A stretch of 64,000 nt of DNA, taken from a virus. The stretch lies in IMG/VR virus record IMGVR_UViG_3300045988_010351; one strand, written 5' to 3'. The notes under the pieces are model-generated. The model did not search any database, was not told where the DNA came from, and saw only the letters and a list, made by a program, of their open reading frames with translations. This document shows positions 41,351-49,887 of the stretch, in pieces (positions within the stretch are counted from its first letter, which is position 1; every line of letters starts with the position of its first letter). The position numbers were made by a program, and so were the translations under genes.

Positions 41351-43651
41351 TTACTGCTTGAACCTAAAGTCATAATTTCTCTCGAAGAATGGGTCATTAC
41401 CACCATAATTATTATTAGCCCTCTCCTGCTTTTCCTTACTAACATCCCCTTGGTATCTTATCATCCTATCCTCTCTTAAAAGCATTAACATTCCCATAGC
41501 AGATATTCTATCAAAGTTGCCCTCAGAGTTGTAATTAATAAGTTCTTTCAATAGTGCCCTGTTCCTTACAGTAAAAAGTCTTGGAACCATTACTTCTTTC
41601 TCTTCTCCATCAATAGTCTGCATAATAGGAACTGGAGCCAATAGCCAGCTTCTCAATCTACTCCTTGCATAAGCATTAATGGCAGGAGAGGCATTAGTAC
41701 CTTTTGACTTGTTACCATAGCCATCCTTCATCATCTGCTTTTCCTTTAAGAAATCAAGAACATCTGTAAGAAGATAAAGGCTATTTCTTGTCGAAAAGTG
41801 AGAGAATAAGCCTTTCTTATTATACTCATAATTCAACATACCATTGTAGAATAGACAAAGTTTTCTACAAATCTCATAGTAATCATCAGCAAAAGATGGT
41901 CTTCCAGTGTATTCAGCCACTATCCTATCTGTCCATAGGTCTAATACAAATATAGAACCTAAAGACATAGTATTTGATTCATCATCATCATAAGGGTCAG
42001 CACCTAATATATACCTGTCATTATATGGCTTACCTGTATTCTTATCAATCTCAGGCATTTGGTATATCTCAATAGCACCCTCTATCTTATTATCCTTATG
42101 AGGAAAGTCCCTAATAGGCATGGCAGAGGTAGGTTTGTACTCTACTTGACCATCTTTACTGAACACCAAGTCACCTACATATACATCATCATACTCTGTA
42201 GGGTTAGCATCTAGTTGACCTAATCTTTCAGTTAAGTCAGCTACAGGGAACATATTTACACCTGTCTTAACAATAGCCTCAGCAGGAGTAATAGGAACCT
42301 CAGCAATGGTCTTAATGATAGTATTAGGGTCAGTAGAATTGTACTTTACTCTGTACCTATTCATAAGAATCTCAATAAGAGCCTTAATCACATCAGATAC
42401 ACCATTCTCATTATAGCATCCCTTTCTATTTACATAGCCAGGAAAGAAGAATACAAAGTAAGGTTTACCCTGGTTGTACTTATCATATACATTAGGTAAA
42501 GCATACATATTATAACCTTTTGGGTTATACATAATTTCTTGAGCACCAGCAAAGTCTGATTCATTATCACCAGCAGTACCTAACATATAGATTTGACCAA
42601 AGACAATATCACCTTCTTGTACTGAAGGTAACAATACATTATACAGGTCTACAAGTCTTGGGAATGTACCAAACTCCTCAATAAGAATCTTGGCAGCTCT
42701 TTTACCTCTCAATTTAGACTCATCATCCTTAGATGATACTCCAAGTACTGTATTTTGAGTGCCTCTTTCAATATCAAGGTCTACATCCTTGTACCCCATT
42801 ATCCATGTCATTTCCTGCAAAGAGTTCTTTAATCTCTTTCTTGGAAACTGGGTATTGGTTGCACAGAAATTAGCCATGTCCACAAACTTATTTAATACAC
42901 CATCCTTTGTAAGATACTCCTTCTGATAAGCAGTTACTATACCCTTTACCTTCTCATGTGCTTCCTCATTTTCACCTACTACAAAGATGTGGTTAAGTAT
43001 GGATGCAAGACTATATGACTTACCTTTACCTCTGGAGGCAAGCTCAGCCATGTGCTGACCTCCATCAAAGTTATTGTATAAACCACCATTTGATGCTTGG
43101 TCTAAGCAATGGAATCTCCAATAGATTCCCTCCCAACATTCAGGAAGTGCTTCTATTCTATCAGCTCTTTTAGACTTTCTCTTTTTACCATTCTTATCCC
43201 TATATTCTCTAATCTTGGAGAGCATCATAGGAGAATAATTAAGGAACCAGTACATATAACCTGTAACCCATTCTCCATCACTTTCCCTCACATAACCATC
43301 CCAGATTCTTCTCCTTTCCTCTCTTATCCATTTACCATACTCACTATTAGGATTGGCATTAGGTCTAAGGTTAGTAAATGTACCATACTTCTCATAATGT
43401 ATAGCAGATGGTCTGAAATAGTCCATATCCTCTAATATATGAGGATTAGCCAAGTCCACAATGATTCTACCTCTATCATCTCTTGGTCTATCCTTGGCAT
43501 GTTCTCTTGTAGGACTTATCAATCTCTTGACAAACTCTACATTATTTATAATATCAAATAACTGGTCCTGAACCTCCTGAGGAAGGCTATTAACCAATTC
43601 CTCAGTCAGCTCAGTCTGATATTCATTCATTGGTATTCTCTGAAATTCCAT
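41351..43651 (-). CDS. terL: terminase large subunit (766 aa)
   Basis: Walker A-like 'ELASRGKGKSYSLASI', a downstream acidic ATPase segment, and a C-terminal Asp-rich nuclease-like region. Size and position match TerL of large podoviruses. Confidence 0.8.
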   Translation of the reverse strand: MEFQRIPMNEYQTELTEELVNSLPQEVQDQLFDIINNVEFVKRLISPTREHAKDRPRDDRGRIIVDLANPHILEDMDYFRPSAIHYEKYGTFTNLRPNANPNSEYGKWIREERRRIWDGYVRESDGEWVTGYMYWFLNYSPMMLSKIREYRDKNGKKRKSKRADRIEALPECWEGIYWRFHCLDQASNGGLYNNFDGGQHMAELASRGKGKSYSLASILNHIFVVGENEEAHEKVKGIVTAYQKEYLTKDGVLNKFVDMANFCATNTQFPRKRLKNSLQEMTWIMGYKDVDLDIERGTQNTVLGVSSKDDESKLRGKRAAKILIEEFGTFPRLVDLYNVLLPSVQEGDIVFGQIYMLGTAGDNESDFAGAQEIMYNPKGYNMYALPNVYDKYNQGKPYFVFFFPGYVNRKGCYNENGVSDVIKALIEILMNRYRVKYNSTDPNTIIKTIAEVPITPAEAIVKTGVNMFPVADLTERLGQLDANPTEYDDVYVGDLVFSKDGQVEYKPTSAMPIRDFPHKDNKIEGAIEIYQMPEIDKNTGKPYNDRYILGADPYDDDESNTMSLGSIFVLDLWTDRIVAEYTGRPSFADDYYEICRKLCLFYNGMLNYEYNKKGLFSHFSTRNSLYLLTDVLDFLKEKQMMKDGYGNKSKGTNASPAINAYARSRLRSWLLAPVPIMQTIDGEEKEVMVPRLFTVRNRALLKELINYNSEGNFDRISAMGMLMLLREDRMIRYQGDVSKEKQERANNNYGGNDPFFERNYDFRFKQ

Positions 43652-43980
43652 CCTGTATATTCTCCATTTATAACTGCTTCATAAAAATCAGAGCCTATCC
43701 AATTAAATATAAGATGGCATAATTCAGTGTTTATGTACTGTTGCATAGACTCCTCTTGCCCTTCTAGTACTTTAGCAGAATGGCTAAGTGAAATAACTAT
43801 ATACCTATCCTTTCCTTTAACAAACCATAGGATAGCCTTATATGTTTTATAGGCTTTGAAAGTAGGATGAGGCTCTACTACTCTTTGCAATATTAGATGT
43901 CCTTTAGATGAAATATTTCTCTCACCTCTCCTATCTTCAATATGCCTGTTAAGTCCTTCTATTATATCTTCAGCTCTCAT
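43627..43980 (-). CDS. hypothetical protein (117 aa)
   Basis: ORF overlapping terL by 25 nt. Confidence 0.5.
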   Translation of the reverse strand: MRAEDIIEGLNRHIEDRRGERNISSKGHLILQRVVEPHPTFKAYKTYKAILWFVKGKDRYIVISLSHSAKVLEGQEESMQQYINTELCHLIFNWIGSDFYEAVINGEYTGWNFREYQ

Positions 43981-44525
43981 ACGTAATCCATAAAATAAAC
44001 ATTAGTACTATCCTTCTTCAGTATATCATTGATAACAGGATTATGTTTCTTTGCCCATCTCTTAATGGTAGAGAAGAAATTAAACCTCTTAATATTGTCC
44101 CAAAAAGATACTCCTGATAACCAAGGAGTATAGGTATAATCAAATATACGAGGGTCTCTATCAAGTATAACCTTCCATCCATTCTTTATACAAGCAAAAG
44201 AAAGAGCTAGGCATGGGATGCTCTCCAATACCTCTTCTCTGAATAGGTCTTCACTACCTTCTCTTTCAAGTATAATCCTAACTTTATATACTGAGAATAT
44301 ATTAACTATCTCTCCTATACTCTTAAATGTAAGGCAAAAATCTACCAATCCATGACATACTCTCCATACATTTCCATCTCTCCTTACTCTCACATCAAAG
44401 TAGGTTACTCCTATTTCTTTCTGCTGTGCTATACTCTTTACTTGTGTCCTCCATAGGAAAGAGAACCATTCAAATAACTTCTTCCTAGCTGGCAAGAATG
44501 TATAGCTATCATGTGTCCCAATCAT
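43977..44525 (-). CDS. PI-PLC X-domain-like phosphodiesterase (182 aa)
   Basis: N-terminal 'MIGTHDSYT' (compare bacterial PI-PLC 'IPGTHDSGT'). 'YFDVRVRRDGNVWRVCHG' follows (compare 'IFDIRGR...HG'). Confidence 0.55.
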   Translation of the reverse strand: MIGTHDSYTFLPARKKLFEWFSFLWRTQVKSIAQQKEIGVTYFDVRVRRDGNVWRVCHGLVDFCLTFKSIGEIVNIFSVYKVRIILEREGSEDLFREEVLESIPCLALSFACIKNGWKVILDRDPRIFDYTYTPWLSGVSFWDNIKRFNFFSTIKRWAKKHNPVINDILKKDSTNVYFMDYV

Positions 44526-45061
44526 AATGTCAAATCATCTTCAAAGATTGTCTTTTCTCCAGAACCTCTCATCTTACCTGAACTCTTCATCTCAGAGTTA
44601 AGTGCTTTTTCAGCTTCATCTAAATCCTTTACAAGAGGAGGTATTTGCTTTATAAGAGCACCTACTTCTTTCAAGTCTTTAATCTCTAGGTCATCAAACT
44701 CTTGAGCCTTTAACCTCTTTCTATATTTATCAACCATAAATCTCGTGTCTTCAAGGAGTAGAGCAGATATAGGTTTGAATGACATATAGAAATTCATAGC
44801 TTCTGTGACTATCTTATCAGGTTGCCATTTAGGGGGCAATCCTTCTCCCTCTTTAATAGCTTCCATTCTTTCCTTGTCATCTACAAGGTATTGATAGTCA
44901 CTTCTTGGGTCACAGAAAAAGTAAATGAATCCCAATTCCATTATAGCTTTATCCTTATTAACAGTCTTGTCTCTTTGCCATATTTGTCTGAATGGTTTAA
45001 GAGCAAAGGCTTCCTCAGATATTACTATCTTGTAACCCTCATATTTGAATAATTTTATCAT
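44522..45061 (-). CDS. hypothetical protein (179 aa)
   Basis: ORF. Confidence 0.6.
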   Translation of the reverse strand: MIKLFKYEGYKIVISEEAFALKPFRQIWQRDKTVNKDKAIMELGFIYFFCDPRSDYQYLVDDKERMEAIKEGEGLPPKWQPDKIVTEAMNFYMSFKPISALLLEDTRFMVDKYRKRLKAQEFDDLEIKDLKEVGALIKQIPPLVKDLDEAEKALNSEMKSSGKMRGSGEKTIFEDDLTL

Positions 45062-45117
45062 AATCTAAGAAAAAAAAAAGTGTATCAAGATTAGTTTTCC
45101 TGATACACTCTCTTGAG

Positions 45118-45549
45118 TTATACAATTAGTTTCTTCTTCTCTGGTTGAATGATTGGTGAAGGAGTTGGGTCAGGAACTTCCTCATACTCTTCAATAATGA
45201 AGTCAATATCCCTATCCTGTAGCAATAGGCACTGCTTTCCATCCATCTCAACAACATCAAAGTTGTAAGTTATAATAGGGTTATCAGTGATTACTCCATC
45301 CTTTAGAGAACCTTCTTGGTGCTTCTTCACACCAAATCTTGTAGGATTAACCCATACCAAGTCACCAACTTTAATGTCTCTAACAGAGCTACCCACTGCA
45401 AGTACTCTTTGATACTCCTTCAAGCTGCCTTCTCTCTTAGTCACATCAATAAGACCAGCTCCTACCATCATATCCTGCTCATACTTATCCATTGTAGTGA
45501 TAAGTGCAGTGAACATTGGCTTTATCTTCTTAACCTTCAACATACTCAA
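45118..45549 (-). CDS. hypothetical protein (143 aa)
   Basis: ORF. Confidence 0.55.
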   Translation of the reverse strand: MSMLKVKKIKPMFTALITTMDKYEQDMMVGAGLIDVTKREGSLKEYQRVLAVGSSVRDIKVGDLVWVNPTRFGVKKHQEGSLKDGVITDNPIITYNFDVVEMDGKQCLLLQDRDIDFIIEEYEEVPDPTPSPIIQPEKKKLIV

Positions 45550-45838
45550 TGACTTTTATACCATATTCTACAGCACAAGTGTGCTCAATTTTACAACCTC
45601 TATACTTATCCCAGTCCTTAGCAAAATATGCAGCATCTGCTCCAGATAACAGCTCCACTGATTTACCCAAGAACCATAGAGGTCTTGCATCTACTGGTGC
45701 ATCTTTGAAGAAGCTATCAATTACTTCCACATCATCATTAAGTACTGCCTTAGCCTCTTCTACAGCTTTGGCTCTTTCTGCTTCTATTTCTTCATCTGTC
45801 TTACCCTTCATGGGCTGACTAATAAACAATTTCTTCAT
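45530..45838 (-). CDS. DUF4406-like (nucleoside 2-deoxyribosyltransferase-like) small protein (102 aa)
   Basis: Start 'MKKLFISQPMKGKT' plus C-terminal 'DWDKYRGCKIEHTCAVEYGIKV' resemble the DUF4406 pattern. Confidence 0.4.
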   Translation of the reverse strand: MKKLFISQPMKGKTDEEIEAERAKAVEEAKAVLNDDVEVIDSFFKDAPVDARPLWFLGKSVELLSGADAAYFAKDWDKYRGCKIEHTCAVEYGIKVIEYVEG

Positions 45839-46104
45839 TTCTTCTCCCTTATCTGTTTTATAAACTTGAGTCTCTTTTTCATACCTAACATCCTATCATA
45901 AGTGCAAGTCAATTTACCCAGTGACGGAATGTTGAAATTTGTTCTTAACTTAGCAAAATCCTCTTCATTAAGATTCTCCTTTAATGGCAAGGACTGTATG
46001 GATTGGTTAATGAATAACCAAAATGCCTTATATGTTTTATCTACCACTTCTTTAGGTAAATTCAACTCTTCAGAAACCTTACCAATTATATCAAGATAAC
46101 TCAT
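45835..46104 (-). CDS. hypothetical protein (89 aa)
   Basis: ORF. Confidence 0.45.
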   Translation of the reverse strand: MSYLDIIGKVSEELNLPKEVVDKTYKAFWLFINQSIQSLPLKENLNEEDFAKLRTNFNIPSLGKLTCTYDRMLGMKKRLKFIKQIREKK

Positions 46105-46481
46105 TTCAATTCAAAAAGTAACAATAGTTGGAAAGTGCCAGTCTCCTCATCAATGTTAGGAATAAACCTTGGATTAATCTTGCCATCAATGATAACCTTA
46201 TTCTTCCTTAGCTTGCCCATAATTACTTGAAAGTGTGGGAGAGTGATATTACACTCTTCCCTTACTTTCTTCTTTGTATCTTCACTCATTGTAACCTTAT
46301 CAAGTATCTCATTGTCCTTGATAACTTTACTGAGTTCATATCTCTGCTTAACAAAGGATGTAATTACATCAATCTCTCTTTCAGTTAACTTATGAAAAGG
46401 CTCTAAGAATTTGAACCAATGCCTGAAGAAGCTTCCACTCAAAGAACATGGTACTCTAACTATATTATTAGGCTTCTTCAT
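46101..46481 (-). CDS. hypothetical protein (126 aa)
   Basis: ORF. Confidence 0.5.
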   Translation of the reverse strand: MKKPNNIVRVPCSLSGSFFRHWFKFLEPFHKLTEREIDVITSFVKQRYELSKVIKDNEILDKVTMSEDTKKKVREECNITLPHFQVIMGKLRKNKVIIDGKINPRFIPNIDEETGTFQLLLLFELK

Positions 46482-46492
46482 ATATATTTATA

Positions 46493-46813
46493 TTACTCTT
46501 CAGTTTTAATATTTGAGGTCTCTTCTTTATTATCCTCCTCAGGTACTGTCAGGAGTTCCTCAATTTCAGCAATACACTTTTCAAGAAAGTCTTGCTGGAA
46601 CATATGTCCATTCTCTACTACCTTAAACAAGTAATCAAGCCTCTTGAATATATTACTCATATTAGCAGCCTGTAACTTCATATACAACTGCTTAGCCTGC
46701 TCACTAAGCTGATGAGCTATGTTCTCTAACTGCTCATAAGACATCTTCTCAGGTCTCTCTGTTTCCTTTGTTGTTGGCTGCACCTTTACAGCCTTTTCCT
46801 TCTGCTCTTCCAT
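46493..46813 (-). CDS. acidic coiled-coil protein (106 aa)
   Basis: ORF. Confidence 0.5.
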   Translation of the reverse strand: MEEQKEKAVKVQPTTKETERPEKMSYEQLENIAHQLSEQAKQLYMKLQAANMSNIFKRLDYLFKVVENGHMFQQDFLEKCIAEIEELLTVPEEDNKEETSNIKTEE

Positions 46814-46833
46814 TTTATTTAATAATTAAGTTG

Positions 46834-47055
46834 TTAATACTCTTCAAGGTATCTGTGTCCATATCTATTCTTGTAGAGGGTATCCCATTCCTCTATTGAA
46901 CATTCTTCTATATCAGTGGAGCCACACTCATCACAGTAATCTGAATCCTCCATTCTTGGAATGTTCCTAATATTCAATGATAGACAATGCTTGCAGTATA
47001 GTACTGGTACTTCATTGTAATCATTAGGCTGATTTTCTGTGTTTAAGTTGCTCAT
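46834..47055 (-). CDS. zinc-ribbon protein (73 aa)
   Basis: CKHC...CDEC Cys pairs. Confidence 0.45.
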   Translation of the reverse strand: MSNLNTENQPNDYNEVPVLYCKHCLSLNIRNIPRMEDSDYCDECGSTDIEECSIEEWDTLYKNRYGHRYLEEY

Positions 47056-47353
47056 AAATCATCTTCTTTCTTTCATTAATAGTCCTACTGTGATGTCCCT
47101 TTCTCTTACAAGTATTAGCTTTATTATTGAAAGGTCTCTTAGGGAAGATAATACCATCAAGAGATACATAACCTCTTCTGATTGCTCTTCTTACAGACTT
47201 AAACTTGTTTACTGCTTCATAAGTTCTTAGGTGAAGAATACTTTTCTCATAGAAATCTCCCACAATATCTACTCTATTCTTCTCCATGTAATCCTTGAAC
47301 TCCTCTTCACTCATAAGAGGTCTTTCTACTGTCTTCTGCTCTTCCATTTCCAT
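47024..47353 (-). CDS. hypothetical basic protein (109 aa)
   Basis: ORF. Confidence 0.45.
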   Translation of the reverse strand: MEMEEQKTVERPLMSEEEFKDYMEKNRVDIVGDFYEKSILHLRTYEAVNKFKSVRRAIRRGYVSLDGIIFPKRPFNNKANTCKRKGHHSRTINERKKMIYEQLKHRKSA

Positions 47354-47360
47354 AATGTTT

Positions 47361-47558
47361 TTATCTATAGTAGATTAATACAAATTGACCATTCTCTTTA
47401 AGTAGAGAAACTATATTCTCTCTTTTAATTCTTTCTTCATTGGCTGCCCTTACAATACCTCTGATTGTAGTATCAGTTAGCACAGTCATAATTTGAGAAC
47501 CCTCTGAACCATTGGTCTTTTTGGTTCTTGTCATCTTTGCTTTTTCTATCTCTTCCAT
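47361..47558 (-). CDS. hypothetical small protein (66 aa; ORF trimmed to an internal Met)
   Basis: The annotated 106-aa ORF overlaps two tRNA genes at its N-terminus. The ORF is trimmed to start at 'MEEIEKAK'. Confidence 0.3.
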   Translation of the reverse strand: MEEIEKAKMTRTKKTNGSEGSQIMTVLTDTTIRGIVRAANEERIKRENIVSLLKENGQFVLIYYR

Positions 47559-47572
47559 ATAAAGTAATTTAG

Positions 47573-47645
47573 TTACGGGGGGAGGACTCGAACCTCCAAC
47601 CTCAAGGTTATGAGCCTTGCTAGCTACCATTGCTATCACCCCATG
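47573..47645 (-). tRNA. tRNA-Met(CAT), initiator-like
   Basis: Cloverleaf on the minus strand with T-arm GGAGG-TTCGAGT-CCTCC. The anticodon loop is CTCATAA. Positions 1 and 72 are an unpaired C/A, as in bacterial initiator tRNA. Confidence 0.6.
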
Positions 47646-47654
47646 ATATATTAG

Positions 47655-47726
47655 AGCAGATAGTGGGAATCGAACCCACACATTAACATTGGAAGTGTTA
47701 CATACTAACCTTTATACTATACCTGC
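47655..47726 (-). tRNA. tRNA-Gly(TCC)
   Basis: Acceptor GCAGGTA/TATCTGC, anticodon arm TAACA-CTTCCAA-TGTTA, T-arm GTGGG-TTCGATT-CCCAC. Confidence 0.7.
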
Positions 47727-47731
47727 AAAAG

Positions 47732-47804
47732 AGCCTCTTATAGGAATTGAACCCATATCTTCTGACTACAAAACAGAAATAATTAACCTTTATACTAAAG
47801 AGGC
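47732..47804 (-). tRNA. tRNA-like gene with a non-canonical anticodon arm (5-bp stem TTCTG/CAGAA around the 9-nt loop TTTTGTAGT)
   Basis: The 7-bp acceptor stem GCCTCTT/AAGAGGC is perfect and the T-arm ATGGG-TTCAATT-CCTAT is good. No standard 7-nt anticodon loop can be drawn. Confidence 0.4.
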
Positions 47805-47808
47805 ATTG

Positions 47809-47894
47809 TAGCTTCAGTGGGATTTGAACCCACAAGAACATTACTGTTCAAAGGATTTTAAGTCCTCCGTGTCTACCATTTCCACCATGAAGCC
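47809..47894 (-). tRNA. tRNA-Leu(TAA)
   Basis: Type II tRNA: anticodon arm GAGGA-CTTAAAA-TCCTT, long variable arm, T-arm GTGGG-TTCAAAT-CCCAC. Confidence 0.7.
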
Positions 47895-47902
47895 ATCCAG
47901 TA

Positions 47903-48349
47903 TCAATAAGGCTTTACATCACATAAGTGGAACAAGTAGTCATACTTATTGACATTCTGAATAAAGGTCTCACATTCAGATGTTATACCTTTATATATGG
48001 TCTCTTGAGGAATCTTATCATAGAATGCAATAGTAGCAGACTTAACCTCACTTATAAAGTCAAAAGCATTCAGTGCATCACTTGGAGTTCCTTTGATTAC
48101 ATTAGGTTGTATCTTGCCAAGTATTCCCATATATCCTTCTGCAAGCCCATCTTGATAATCTGACAATATGTCAAGGAACTCATCAAGATACACATGGATA
48201 TTCTTCTTAGGTGCTGCCCAATGCAGATTCTTACACTTAGTCTTCCAACCTTCAAGCTGATTTAAGAAGTTAATAAAGAACTGAGAACCAGATACTTCTG
48301 TACTTCTGCTTGATTCCATTGGAGTAAATAGGCTATCTTCTTCAAACAT
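47903..48349 (-). CDS. hypothetical protein (148 aa) embedded in the tRNA array
   Basis: ORF flanked on both sides by tRNA genes. Confidence 0.55.
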   Translation of the reverse strand: MFEEDSLFTPMESSRSTEVSGSQFFINFLNQLEGWKTKCKNLHWAAPKKNIHVYLDEFLDILSDYQDGLAEGYMGILGKIQPNVIKGTPSDALNAFDFISEVKSATIAFYDKIPQETIYKGITSECETFIQNVNKYDYLFHLCDVKPY

Positions 48350-48433
48350 ATTCTCTTATTTTGATGTTGCAAAATTAAGCAAAATAATTGGAACTACCAA
48401 ACATTTTCCTAACTATTTTCCAATTATTTTTAG

Positions 48434-48514
48434 TACCCCCTAAGAGACTCGAACTCTTACACATTACTGCGTATGCTCCTAAGGCATATGTGTCTACCAT
48501 TCCACCAAGAGGGT
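48434..48514 (-). tRNA. tRNA-Leu(TAG)
   Basis: Type II tRNA: anticodon arm TATGC-CTTAGGA-GCATA, T-arm AAGAG-TTCGAGT-CTCTT. Confidence 0.65.
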
Positions 48515-48519
48515 ATTAG

Positions 48520-48594
48520 TGGGTGCTCAAAGAATCGAACTTTATTCTCAGATTTTTCAGACCTGCGCAATGTAACCATACCTGCCCAACACCC
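48520..48594 (-). tRNA. tRNA-Phe(GAA)
   Basis: Acceptor GGGTGTT/AGCACCC, anticodon loop CTGAAAA. Confidence 0.65.
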
Positions 48595-48662
48595 ATAATG
48601 ACTTATTTGTGTCTCTCCCCACATCACCTTCCATAAGTCAAGGACGAAGATTTCTATTGAAG

Positions 48663-48748
48663 TGGGAGTAAAAGGAATCGAACCTATTGTGTTTCTAATG
48701 TGCCAGATTTACAGTCTGGTGCCCATCCACCATCTGAGCAGTACTCCC
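48663..48748 (-). tRNA. tRNA-Tyr(GTA)
   Basis: Acceptor GGGAGTA/TACTCCC, anticodon arm CCAGA-CTGTAAA-TCTGG, long variable arm. Confidence 0.7.
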
Positions 48749-48926
48749 ATATATATTTATTACTCACTCCAACATCAAAGGAACTATATTCCAACTGGAA
48801 TAGTTCCTGAAGGTATCCAAACATAAGACTTAGCAGCTTGTCTAGAGTATGCTTTAATACCCCTCTTAATTAATGAAATAACCTTTTTCATAACAATTAA
48901 AAATTTAGAGTTAATAATATGTTATG

Positions 48927-48999
48927 TTCCCCCATAAGGAGTCGAACCTTACTCTCAAGATTAAAAGTCTAGAGCATCCACCATCAATGCTTTGGGGGA
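48927..48999 (-). tRNA. tRNA-Lys(TTT)
   Basis: Acceptor TCCCCCA/TGGGGGA, D-stem GCAT/ATGC, anticodon loop CTTTTAA. The anticodon stem has one U-U mismatch. Confidence 0.5.
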
Positions 49000-49021
49000 A
49001 TATTTGCCAAGGTTGAGATTG

Positions 49022-49095
49022 TGCTCCCACAAGGACTTGAACCTTGAGTCTCCTGTTTAAGAGACAGGTGCTTTAACCAATTCAGCTATAGGAGC
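49022..49095 (-). tRNA. tRNA-Lys(CTT)
   Basis: Acceptor GCTCCTA/TGGGAGC, anticodon arm CCTGT-CTCTTAA-ACAGG. Confidence 0.7.
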
Positions 49096-49096
49096 A

Positions 49097-49343
49097 TTAT
49101 TTCTTTTCATATTTTTCAGACCATGCTTTAGTAATACCTGCTGTTGCAAATACTCCAGCAACAGCACCTATATAAGCAGCAAGACCATTAAGGTCTGTCT
49201 GTATAGTATGGTTATAACATACTTCTATTATAAGAAGTACAGCAGGAACTAATAGCAGGATTAAACCTATTAAAGTAACTGCCACTAAGAAGAAGTTCTT
49301 TGAAGAAACTCCTGTATTATTCTTTACAAGTTTATCTATGTAA
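49097..49343 (-). CDS. small membrane protein (~82 aa; ORF trimmed at its N-terminus because of tRNA overlap)
   Basis: Hydrophobic ORF inside the tRNA array. The annotated N-terminus overlaps a tRNA-like element. Confidence 0.4.
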
Positions 49344-49350
49344 CACATAG

Positions 49351-49426
49351 TACTGGCAGAGGGGCTTGAACCCACATGCACCAATTACCCTTTCTACAAT
49401 GTATAAGATTGAGGGGATATGCCAGT
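49351..49426 (-). tRNA. degenerate tRNA-like element (possible pseudogene). It lacks a normal D-arm, and an internal hairpin shows the loop CTTATAC (anticodon TAT?).
   Basis: Perfect 7-bp acceptor ACTGGCA/TGCCAGT and a T-arm-like GTGGG-TTCAAGC-CCCTC are present. The D and anticodon region cannot be folded canonically. Confidence 0.3.
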
Positions 49427-49430
49427 ATAT

Positions 49431-49505
49431 TGGGGTGTCTGATGGGAATTGAACCCACACAATTTGGAGCCACAATCCAAAGCTCTACCATTAAGCTACA
49501 GACAC
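49431..49505 (-). tRNA. tRNA-His(GTG) with an encoded CCA
   Basis: Acceptor GTGTCTG/CAGACAC, discriminator C followed by CCA, anticodon arm TTGGA-TTGTGGC-TCCAA. No encoded G-1. Confidence 0.6.
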
Positions 49506-49507
49506 AG

Positions 49508-49579
49508 TTCTGATGAGTAGACTCGAACTACTAACTACTGCCTTATGAGAGCAGCTTTCTGCCATTGAAATACATCAGA
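49508..49579 (-). tRNA. tRNA-Met(CAT), elongator or Ile2-type
   Basis: Acceptor TCTGATG/CATCAGA, D-stem TTTC/GAAA, anticodon arm CTGCT-CTCATAA-GGCAG. Confidence 0.65.
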
Positions 49580-49584
49580 ATATG

Positions 49585-49657
49585 TAGGGACAATAGGACT
49601 TGAACCTATAACTCCTTCCGTATCAGAGAAGTGCTCTAACCATTGAACTATATCCCT
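49585..49657 (-). tRNA. tRNA-Ile(GAT)
   Basis: Acceptor AGGGATA/TGTCCCT, anticodon loop CTGATAC. Confidence 0.65.
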
Positions 49658-49663
49658 ATATTG

Positions 49664-49735
49664 CTGATGGGATAGGATTTGAACCCATATCAGCTGGTTT
49701 TGGAGACCAGTATTTTACCATTAAACTACCCATCA
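49664..49735 (-). tRNA. tRNA-Trp(CCA)
   Basis: Acceptor TGATGGG/CCCATCA, anticodon arm CTGGT-CTCCAAA-ACCAG. Confidence 0.7.
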
Positions 49736-49742
49736 ATTTCTG

Positions 49743-49816
49743 CGGGGAATACAGGACTCGAACCTGTAACCATTGGATTAACAGTCCACTGCTCTAACCA
49801 TTAAAGCTAAATCCCC
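49743..49816 (-). tRNA. tRNA-Asn(GTT)
   Basis: Acceptor GGGGATT/ATTCCCC, anticodon loop CTGTTAA, T-arm ACAGG-TTCGAGT-CCTGT. Confidence 0.6.
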
Positions 49817-49820
49817 TAAT

Positions 49821-49852
49821 TTGTTGCTCCTAACCATCTGAGCTAAGAGTCC
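49821..49852 (-). pseudogene. truncated tRNA 5' half (acceptor plus D-arm only)
   Basis: GGACTCTTAGCTCAGATGGTTAGGAGC followed by AACAAATTA, abutting tRNA-Asn. The GGAGCAACAAA tail also occurs at the 3' end of tRNA-Val. Confidence 0.35.
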
Positions 49853-49887
49853 TAATAAGTATTATTCAAAACATTATAGTGACTTTA

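Noticed and set aside
47361-47681. The full-length 106-aa ORF.
   Set aside because: Its N-terminal 41 codons overlap tRNA-Met and tRNA-Gly. Only the distal 66-aa part (47361-47558) is plausibly coding.
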